Source: Alphaproteobacteria bacterium
GTDB lineage: Bacteria; Pseudomonadota; Alphaproteobacteria; Rs-D84
Length of the DNA stretch: 64,000 bases
NCBI GenBank assembly: GCA_017616785.1
Contig: JAFZXK010000019.1
Coordinates: forward strand, 5,321 to 69,320
Direction: 5' to 3'
Shown: in pieces, positions 57,415-64,000 of the stretch
Position numbering within the stretch: position 1 is the stretch's first letter
Layout of the letters: every line of letters starts with the position of its first letter
Notes under the pieces: generated by a model
Databases searched by the model: none
What the model was told of the DNA's origin: nothing
The model's input: the letters and a program-made list of their open reading frames with translations, nothing else
Program-made: the position numbers and the translations under genes

Positions 57415-59021
57415 TTTATTTTCCTTATTTTTTTCTCTATATTCGGCACGACGGTCAATCCATCGGCGGACAGTTCAATTGCCCGTTCATACGCTGTGCG
57501 CGCCATGGCATCCTTGCCTGCGGCAACATACGCATCGCCCAAATGTTCAAACAATGCGGAACAAGTATTTGCCGTTCCCGCAATTTTTTCAAGAATATCC
57601 AACGCGGCACTGTTTCCTTCGCGTACGGCGACAACCACCGCAACCGTATCCCACGCAACAACATCCATCGGGTCGCGCTTTATCATCGCCATTGCATAGT
57701 GATACGCATTTTCGATTTCGCGATTCTGTGCGGCCCATATTCGTGCCTGAATTGCCAAGATTTCAGAATCTATCGCCTTTGTTTTTGATACATCATGGAT
57801 ATCAGATTGCGCCCGTTCATAATCGCCGAACATCATATACACAAACGCACGCCGTTTTTTTAGATATGCCGCCCCAGATTCCGAAAGTTTTTCATTATCC
57901 AATGTACGGTTTATCACGCGCAACGCGGCCGATTTGTCCCCTGCCCTGATATGTGCCGCAACAATTTTGTTTAACGCCGGAATAAAGAGTCGGTTTGTGG
58001 CCAGAATTTTTTTCATTTCATTAACCGAATCCGTCGTTTGCATCTTTGCAAAAAGGTAAAACGGACTGCCGCTGGAAATAGAATCAAAATAACGTGCATA
58101 ATTTCCCCGTGTGTTCGCAAAAAACTGTCCGGTGTAGTAGTTTGCCATATCTTGAAAGAATTGCGTTTCTGGGCCGACTATTTGCGCAAAACGCAACATT
58201 AATACCGAAAGGTCCGAATAAAGCATTATTTGCGTGTGCGAAACATTTTGTATCACATTAAACGCCAATTGATTTTTTATTCCCGCAAAGTTGGTTTCCC
58301 ATTCTGGAATATCATCATAGTGCGCCAAAAACATCCCGCTGGGCGTTTCCGAAAAACTTTTACGCAAAATTTCCGCATTTTCGTCCATTCCATGCGCACG
58401 ATAAAACGACATGATATAAAGGTAATCGTTGATATTCATAAAGTCCGTACGCACATTTGCAAACGCGCCGCCGGCCTTTTCGATATCACCCGTTTCGGCG
58501 TAAATTTGTCCACGAACAAACATTTTCCACGCGGGATTCGATTCGGATTTTTCGATATATTTCAAAACATCGTCTGTGTGCCCTGCCCCAACGCCGGACC
58601 AAATACGAAAAGGCATGTATACGGCGGATTTGTTCGTATAGAACCGTTTGTGCATTTCGTTCCAACGGTCGTTTTTTGCCAAATATGCATCGTACATCAT
58701 GCGCGATGCAATTGTTTGCTCGTTCGCCAAAGATTCAACATTTGTTGGAATATGCCCGGCAAGAAATTCAATCAATGCGTGGGTATCTTTTGTAACATCA
58801 TATCCAACATCGGCAAATGTCGTGGCAAATTCGTTCGCCTTGTCGAAATCGTTCGCATAGACCGCATGCTGGGCCGCCAAAAAATCGCCGTATTTTGTCG
58901 GTTGTAATTCGCCGGATTCCTGTGTTTTTTCGACAAAAAACATACGCGATGATGTAATATAGGCCAAAACACCGACCACAACAAATAAACCTGTAAAAAA
59001 TATCGTTTTTAATTTTGCCAT
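57411..59021 (-). CDS. membrane-anchored TPR-repeat protein
   Basis: TM anchor MAKLKTIFFTGLFVVVGVLAYI followed by helical-repeat sequence. The ORF's upstream 57 codons overlap rsmG and were judged spurious. Confidence 0.6.
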   Translation of the reverse strand: MAKLKTIFFTGLFVVVGVLAYITSSRMFFVEKTQESGELQPTKYGDFLAAQHAVYANDFDKANEFATTFADVGYDVTKDTHALIEFLAGHIPTNVESLANEQTIASRMMYDAYLAKNDRWNEMHKRFYTNKSAVYMPFRIWSGVGAGHTDDVLKYIEKSESNPAWKMFVRGQIYAETGDIEKAGGAFANVRTDFMNINDYLYIMSFYRAHGMDENAEILRKSFSETPSGMFLAHYDDIPEWETNFAGIKNQLAFNVIQNVSHTQIMLYSDLSVLMLRFAQIVGPETQFFQDMANYYTGQFFANTRGNYARYFDSISSGSPFYLFAKMQTTDSVNEMKKILATNRLFIPALNKIVAAHIRAGDKSAALRVINRTLDNEKLSESGAAYLKKRRAFVYMMFGDYERAQSDIHDVSKTKAIDSEILAIQARIWAAQNREIENAYHYAMAMIKRDPMDVVAWDTVAVVVAVREGNSAALDILEKIAGTANTCSALFEHLGDAYVAAGKDAMARTAYERAIELSADGLTVVPNIEKKIRKIK

Positions 59022-59047
59022 TTGTGAAAATATGCTACAATAATAAT

Positions 59048-59620
59048 ATGAATAGTAAAGAAAAATTTGCACTTTATGCTGAAATTTTGCGCGATTGGTC
59101 GCGGCGGATGAATCTTGTGGCGCCAAGCACGCTAAATGACCTTGAAAACCGACACTTTGCGGATTCCGCGCAATTGGCGGATGTTTTGCCACACGATGTT
59201 GATATTATTGATTTGGGATCGGGTGCGGGCTTTCCGGGTGTTGTTTTGGCAATTTTGGGTTGGAACGTAACCTGTATCGAATCGATTGGCAAAAAAGTTT
59301 CTTTTCTAAATGAATTAAAAGAAAAACTTGAACTTTCGAATTTAACAATTTATCACGGACGTGTTGAAAACTTTTTCCCGGCTTTTTTGAATAAAAATAT
59401 TAAAAAAGCCGGGAAATTTGTTATAACCGCACGCGCTTTTGCACCACTTGTGAAGATTTTGGACTATGTTCGCGGAATAAATTGCCGGCTTTTTTTGCTA
59501 AAAGGCCGGGAGATTGAACGCGAAATTGCTGACGCGAAAAAGAAATATCGGTTTGATTACGAACTTGTTCCATCAAAAACCGGCGATGGATTTATAATAA
59601 TTGCGCGATTCGGTCGGTAA
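59048..59620 (+). CDS. rsmG: 16S rRNA (guanine527-N7)-methyltransferase RsmG (GidB)
   Basis: SAM motif DLGSGAGFPGVVLAI. Conserved position before parAB. Confidence 0.88.
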   Translation: MNSKEKFALYAEILRDWSRRMNLVAPSTLNDLENRHFADSAQLADVLPHDVDIIDLGSGAGFPGVVLAILGWNVTCIESIGKKVSFLNELKEKLELSNLTIYHGRVENFFPAFLNKNIKKAGKFVITARAFAPLVKILDYVRGINCRLFLLKGREIEREIADAKKKYRFDYELVPSKTGDGFIIIARFGR

Positions 59621-59633
59621 TTTCATATGAAAT
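59620..59633. promoter_or_regulatory. parS-like 14-bp perfect palindrome, copy 1
   Basis: ATTTCATATGAAAT, compared with canonical parS tGTTTCACGTGAAACa. Confidence 0.45.
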
Positions 59634-59679
59634 AAAAAACAACTTGTTGTTTTTACGGTGTTTTTATATTGTGTGCAAA

Positions 59680-59693
59680 ATTTCATATGAAAT
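59680..59693. promoter_or_regulatory. parS-like 14-bp perfect palindrome, copy 2
   Basis: Identical ATTTCATATGAAAT exactly 60 bp downstream of copy 1 and upstream of parA. Confidence 0.45.
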
Positions 59694-59799
59694 AACGCAT
59701 AATTTGTTGATTTTAGTATATTTTTATTTTTTAATTTTATTTCTTGACCGCGTCGAGTTTCAAATGTATGCTTGCAAATGAAAAAGGAAAGGTGTGAAT

Positions 59800-60573
59800 A
59801 TGACGGAAATAATTGCGTTTGCAAATCAAAAGGGTGGTGTTGGAAAAACCACAACGGCGATAAATCTTGGGGCGTCGCTTGCGGCAATTAAAAAACGCGT
59901 TTTGTTGATAGATTTGGATTCCCAAGGTAACGCCGGAACTGGTCTTGGATTTGTGCGTTCTTCGCATTCGCAAAGTGTTTACGATGTTATTATGGGACTA
60001 TCAAGTGCGGCGGAAAATATACTTTCAACCGCGGTTCCGGGAATGCATATATTGCCTTCGACCCAGGCGCTTGCCGGCGCAGAGGTTGAATTGCTGGATA
60101 TGGAAAACAAGGAATATCGCCTGCGCGATGCGTTGCGGCCGATTATGGAACATTATGATTACATATTGCTAGATTGTCCACCGAATTTGGGTTATATAAC
60201 GTTAAACGCGCTAACGACCGCAAATCATGTTATTATACCGCTGCAATGCGAATTTTTCGCGTTGGAGGGGGTTTTGCACCTTATAAATACAATCAAAGGG
60301 ATTCAACAAAAATGGAACCCGGAATTGGATGTTTTGGGTGTTTTGTTGACCATGTACGACCGGCGTTACGGTATGACGCGCGATGTCGAAGATAATGTTC
60401 GTGAAACCTTTGGCGATTTGGTGTTCAAAACGGTTGTTCCGCGCAATGTCCGCGTAGCAGAGGCGCCAAGCCACGGCAAGCCGGCATTGTTTTACGATTT
60501 TAATTCCAACGGTGCCCAGGCGTATTTGCGCTTTGCGACCGAGGTTATTCAAAAAATAGAAAAGGGGGAATAA
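59800..60573 (+). CDS. parA: chromosome partitioning ATPase ParA/Soj
   Basis: Deviant Walker A NQKGGVGKTTTAINL. The alternative start is 59794. Confidence 0.92.
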   Translation: MTEIIAFANQKGGVGKTTTAINLGASLAAIKKRVLLIDLDSQGNAGTGLGFVRSSHSQSVYDVIMGLSSAAENILSTAVPGMHILPSTQALAGAEVELLDMENKEYRLRDALRPIMEHYDYILLDCPPNLGYITLNALTTANHVIIPLQCEFFALEGVLHLINTIKGIQQKWNPELDVLGVLLTMYDRRYGMTRDVEDNVRETFGDLVFKTVVPRNVRVAEAPSHGKPALFYDFNSNGAQAYLRFATEVIQKIEKGE

Positions 60574-60574
60574 T

Positions 60575-61459
60575 ATGGGAAAATTTGGCCTTGGACGGAA
60601 TTTGATGGATTTACAAAGTGAAATGGGCAACGTGCCGGAAATATCGATTCTTAGTGGTACCGAACGCGTCGTCGTTCGCCAAATACCAATTGCGCAAATC
60701 GGCGTGAATCCGGACCAGCCGCGCAAAACCTTTACACCCGAAGATTTGGCAGATTTGGCGGCGTCTATAAAAGAGAAGGGCATACTACAACCAATTTTGC
60801 TGCGCTCGGTGAAAAATCGGCCATATTTGTATGAAATTGTGGCGGGTGAACGGCGTTATCGCGCAAGTAAAATGGCGGGACTGGCGGAAATTCCGGCGTT
60901 GGTAAAGAATTTGGCGGACAATAACGCCATGGAAATTGCGCTAATTGAAAATGTGCAACGCGAAAACCTGAACCCGATAGAGGAGGCCGCGGCGTATGTA
61001 AATCTGATGAATAAGTGCGAATACAGCATGGCGGATGTGTCGCATTTAATTGGAAAATCCGAAAGTTACATCCGGAATTTGGTGCGTTTGAATGGGTTGC
61101 CCGCGTCGGTCAAGAAAATGGTAGAGCAGGGCGCACTTTCCGCATCGCACGCGCGTGCAATTACCGTTGCCGAAGATCCGGAAAAAATGGCGCGTGAAAT
61201 TATCGCGCAAAAGTTATCGGTCGCGGACACCGAAAAACGTATGAAAAACGCGGCGCGTTCCGACAAAAACCGCAAATTTACAAACAAAACTATGGACGCA
61301 AAGACCGTCAAAGAATTGACGCAAAGGGCAGGGCGCGCATTATCCGCCACGGTTAAAATTACCGAACGTCGTGGTGGCGCGGGTGTGATAACAATTTCAT
61401 TTAACTCACGCCCCCAGTTGAACGAAATAATAGATAAAATTGCCGGCCGAATCGCATAA
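60575..61459 (+). CDS. parB: chromosome partitioning protein ParB/Spo0J
   Basis: NPDQPRK, GERRYRASKMAG (ParB box), and HTH region. Confidence 0.92.
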   Translation: MGKFGLGRNLMDLQSEMGNVPEISILSGTERVVVRQIPIAQIGVNPDQPRKTFTPEDLADLAASIKEKGILQPILLRSVKNRPYLYEIVAGERRYRASKMAGLAEIPALVKNLADNNAMEIALIENVQRENLNPIEEAAAYVNLMNKCEYSMADVSHLIGKSESYIRNLVRLNGLPASVKKMVEQGALSASHARAITVAEDPEKMAREIIAQKLSVADTEKRMKNAARSDKNRKFTNKTMDAKTVKELTQRAGRALSATVKITERRGGAGVITISFNSRPQLNEIIDKIAGRIA

Positions 61460-61490
61460 AATTATCAAAAAAGCCGGGAAAGTTGACAAA

Positions 61491-61522
61491 AGTGGTCAGT
61501 GTTAGTGGATAGTGGTTAGTAA
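61491..61522 (+). repeat. degenerate heptad array (TTAGTGG-type on + strand) about 30 nt downstream of the parB stop
   Basis: agtggtcagtgttagtggatagtggttagtaa. Confidence 0.75.
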
Positions 61523-61553
61523 AAAAACACCGGCAATCGCCAGTGCAAGAATT

Positions 61554-62429
61554 TTATTGACGACCACCATGTTGCATCTGTTTTATTTGCATCGCTCGTT
61601 CAAATCGCTCTATATTTTGTTCAAGTTTAAGACTGTCTCTAAAGAAATCTATCAGTCCTAAGCCACTTTCTTTTTCTTCTCGCAACGCTTCTGCCAATGC
61701 ATTTGATAACCCATTTACTTCGTCTAATCTTCTTTTTTGCCTTTTTATACGTGAAACTGTGTAAGGTCGGGCTTCTAAGACAGTGTTCATCATTTGGTAA
61801 ATAAGTCGAATGATAATGTCATAATTTCCACCGTTCTGCATACCAATTTCTTTATTTAACGCTGCAAAATTGCACTCAGAAAGCATTTCAAATATATCCA
61901 ATACGCTTTCACCAAAAGTGTTTATGCCATCGTTACTGTTAATTATTGCGAGCATAGCATACAGGCTGTATTCTGTATTCCAACCGCCGGTCATAAGATT
62001 TTTTATGTTTAATATATTAAGAAGATTGTGAGCCGCATGAAGTCCAACTTTATTCTGTTGGAGTGCTTCCCCGTATTTTTTTATGTCGAATAAGATTTTA
62101 GATGTATTTCCGAGTACGGACAAGGCCAGTTCCAAATAATTAGAAAAATTTGCGTTTAACGCCCTGGCGTATTGTTCTCTCGTTTTGGCTAAATCATATA
62201 ATTTCTTCAATATAACCGCTATGGAACGCGCAACAACATAATTGGGTTTATACTCATCATAAACTTCCCGCAACCCGTAAAGCATAACCCCAATATCGGA
62301 ATCATATGGTCTATCTATGTTTGTGTCTTTATGCATCAATTCCGGTAATTTTTCCAATTCTTTTATAACCTTTTCTTTATTATAATGCATTTTATAGTCA
62401 TATTCATACCAATCAGTATAGAAAGACAT
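61554..62429 (-). CDS. hypothetical all-helical protein (291 aa ORFan)
   Basis: Long open frame, visibly more AT-rich than parB and pal. No domain recognised. Confidence 0.55.
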   Translation of the reverse strand: MSFYTDWYEYDYKMHYNKEKVIKELEKLPELMHKDTNIDRPYDSDIGVMLYGLREVYDEYKPNYVVARSIAVILKKLYDLAKTREQYARALNANFSNYLELALSVLGNTSKILFDIKKYGEALQQNKVGLHAAHNLLNILNIKNLMTGGWNTEYSLYAMLAIINSNDGINTFGESVLDIFEMLSECNFAALNKEIGMQNGGNYDIIIRLIYQMMNTVLEARPYTVSRIKRQKRRLDEVNGLSNALAEALREEKESGLGLIDFFRDSLKLEQNIERFERAMQIKQMQHGGRQ

Positions 62430-62676
62430 TTCACAATCCTTTTGTTATTGAATTTATAGGTTGGAGTTTAAGAACAATTTATATAAAAAATTGTGTGTCT
62501 CGCACCTAAATACCGCCATAATTATACCACACAATCTGGCCAAATGCAACATTTTGAATGTTGAATCCAAGTTATACCGCCAAAAGGCGGTATCCCGTCG
62601 TCACAGGTTGAAACCACTAGATCCCGCGTTTCCGCGGGATGACGGCAAAAAAACACCGGCAATCACCGGTGTACAA

Positions 62677-62700
62677 AAAAACGCCCAAACGGGCGTTTAT
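62677..62700 (-). terminator. rho-independent terminator after pal
   Basis: The minus strand reads aaacgcccgtttgggcgttttttt. Confidence 0.75.
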
Positions 62701-62701
62701 A

Positions 62702-63118
62702 TTATTTAACGGTCGTTGTGGCGTTGCGGTTAAATTTCCAAACCTTTTCGCCAGTTCCCTTGACCAATGGGCGTTCTTTACCATAAGAAATGGTAGAGAT
62801 GCGTTTTGCATCAACGCCTTCGTTCACGATAACGCGCTTTGCGGCGTTCGCACGACGTGCACCCAGTGCAAGGTTATATTCCGTTGAACCGCGTTCGTCG
62901 CAGTTACCGGCAATTTGAACCTTTACATCATCGTGAGATTTCAGGTATGCCGCCTGACCCAGCAAGTTATCATGCGCCGCATCGGAAATTTCCGAAGAGT
63001 TAAACGCAAAGAAAACGCGCTGGTTTTCGATTGATTCCGGTTCAACAACAGTCGAACCACCGCACGCCGCCAGAAGCCCAGCCGCGCCAGCCAATAAAGC
63101 AAAGTTTTTTATTTTCAT
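62702..63118 (-). CDS. pal: peptidoglycan-associated lipoprotein (OmpA-family)
   Basis: Lipobox LLAACGG and OmpA-like motif GNCDERGSTEYNLALGARRA. Confidence 0.9.
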   Translation of the reverse strand: MKIKNFALLAGAAGLLAACGGSTVVEPESIENQRVFFAFNSSEISDAAHDNLLGQAAYLKSHDDVKVQIAGNCDERGSTEYNLALGARRANAAKRVIVNEGVDAKRISTISYGKERPLVKGTGEKVWKFNRNATTTVK

Positions 63119-63245
63119 GAAAATACTCCCTTGAGTTTATGTTGCTCATGTTATAGTGTATACGAAAACGATTATAAAATCAAGCAGAATTAAAAAGGAC
63201 AGATAAAATATGAAAAAAATCCACGTAATTGCCACAACAAGGCGA

Positions 63246-63294
63246 GGAACGACACCTCCCGGTGCTTCGCACCGTACTCCTCTGGCCAGAGGAG
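63246..63294 (-). repeat. GC-rich palindromic element (inverted orientation)
   Basis: The reverse complement is ctcctctggccagaggagtacggtgcgaagcaccgggaggtgtcgttcc. Confidence 0.75.
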
Positions 63295-63341
63295 AACTTG
63301 GTTCGTGCCGGTATGATGCAAAAGTTCCCCTCAATCGGGCC

Positions 63342-63370
63342 CCGCGAAAAACGTGCAACGTTTTTCGCGG
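63342..63370. repeat. perfect 13-bp-stem hairpin
   Basis: ccgcgaaaaacgt-gca-acgtttttcgcgg. Confidence 0.8.
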
Positions 63371-63377
63371 GTGATGT

Positions 63378-63428
63378 CCTAGAGGGGTGCCCTCGCTGTA
63401 GCGTAGCGAAAGCGGGGCGGGGTGTCGT
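63378..63428 (+). repeat. GC-rich palindromic element (variant)
   Basis: cctagaggggtgccctcgctgtagcgtagcgaaagcggggcggggtgtcgt. Shares AGGGGTGCC and the GGGGTGTCGT tail. Confidence 0.7.
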
Positions 63429-63468
63429 AATAAATAATCAACATCAATAAAAACAAGGAACAACATCG

Positions 63469-64000
63469 ATGAATAATGATTTGCTGCGTGATTTAGTTAT
63501 GGCGGGGGTTCGTTGGGAACTTTCGGACGAAACGGTCGGGTTTGTGGTTGAATCTGAGCCGCGCGCGCCGCGCGTGCGAACGGTTTCGAATGTTGTGCCA
63601 CCGATATCACCGGTATCAACTGTATCAATTGAAACGGCAAAGGCAATGGCGGAAAGACCGACAACAACCGCGGTTTTGAATCGTATGATATATGAATTCA
63701 ATCATCCACTGCGCGCGGGCGTGTCAAATGTTGTTGTTCCGCATATCGCACCGAATCCGAACGGCGTTTTGGTTATTACTGATATCCCATCAAGCGAGGA
63801 TGACGCCACTGGGCGCGTTTTGTCGGGTGCGGCGGGCGAACTGTTTGATAAAATGATGGGGGCAATTGGAATGTCGCGCGACAGTGTTTCAATTTCGCCG
63901 ATTTTGTTTTGGCGAACCCCGGGGGGGCGCACGCCGTCGCGCACAGAACTTGATTTGGCGCGGCCGTTTGTGAACCGGTTGCTAGAATTAATTGAACCAC
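63469..64000 (+). CDS. uracil-DNA glycosylase family 4-like protein (partial, runs off the window)
   Basis: Not in the ORF track (no stop in window). MNNDLLRDLVMAGV... with VITDIPSSEDDATGRVLSGAAGELFDKMMGAIGMSRD resembling the family-4 UDG motif GE.PG..ED..G.pF.G.aG.LL..mL.aIGl.R. Confidence 0.65.
   Translation, partial: MNNDLLRDLVMAGVRWELSDETVGFVVESEPRAPRVRTVSNVVPPISPVSTVSIETAKAMAERPTTTAVLNRMIYEFNHPLRAGVSNVVVPHIAPNPNGVLVITDIPSSEDDATGRVLSGAAGELFDKMMGAIGMSRDSVSISPILFWRTPGGRTPSRTELDLARPFVNRLLELIEP

Noticed and set aside
59022-59192. N-terminal 57 codons of the 593-aa TPR ORF, and the first 11 codons of the rsmG ORF, which overlap each other on opposite strands.
   Set aside because: The TPR protein has a natural start at the Met preceding its TM anchor (59021). 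RsmG homology starts at MNSKEKF (59048). The extensions are ORF-caller artefacts. The same reasoning was applied to ychF, topA, mreB, recF, mreD, lrgA and queH.
59573-59887. 104-aa minus-strand ORF spanning the rsmG-parA intergenic region (contains FHMK twice).
   Set aside because: The repeated FHMK is simply the translation of the two ATTTCATATGAAAT palindromes. The ORF overlaps the rsmG end and the parA start. Judged spurious.
63146-63466. 106-aa ORF on the minus strand between pal and the UDG-like gene.
   Set aside because: It consists almost entirely of palindromic repeat elements and hairpins, has no start context, and its composition is driven by the repeats. Judged non-coding.

Overview
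Chromosomal window from a compact, fairly AT-rich bacterial genome. Marker genes suggest an alphaproteobacterium, possibly Rickettsiales/Holosporales-like (inference only): short-form bL36, alpha-type SspB, DUF374 next to lpxK, family-4 UDG with an N-terminal extension, type-2 IleRS, and an orphan virB3-virB4 pair. Most of the window is housekeeping: lpxC/lpxK, lrgAB, ychF, rpmJ, dnaG, topA, rodA-mrdA-mreD-mreC, rpmI-rplT-pheST, ileS, nth, mnmG, fabG/fabD, queH, metG, mreB, rnpA-yidD, accBC, sspB, recF, a TolC/MacA/MacB-type efflux system, gpsA, rsmG-parAB and pal. There are four tRNAs (fMet, Thr, Val, Cys). Genes sit in long strings with 0-12 nt gaps or overlapping start/stop codons. No rRNA, CRISPR array, integrase or transposase was seen. 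Non-core content: (1) a four-gene IncI/PAPI-1-style type IVb pilus assembly core with no pilin or secretin in view. (2) virB3-virB4 behind an iteron-like TGTTGAAAA array, followed by a secreted HExxH protein. (3) A lineage-specific paralogous ORFan family and a trio of tiny ORFs, both wedged inside the metG-queH-fabD-fabG-mnmG string. (4) Two dispersed repeat families. One is a set of degenerate heptad TTAGTGG/CCACTAA arrays placed exactly on stop codons, which close all reading frames. The other is a set of GC-rich double-hairpin elements, one inserted in-frame inside nth. (5) Small signs of past insertion: a duplicated tRNA-fMet 3' end, direct repeats after tRNA-Thr, and direct repeats bracketing an ORFan between parB and pal. 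All family assignments rest on motif recognition by eye and need HMM/BLAST confirmation.
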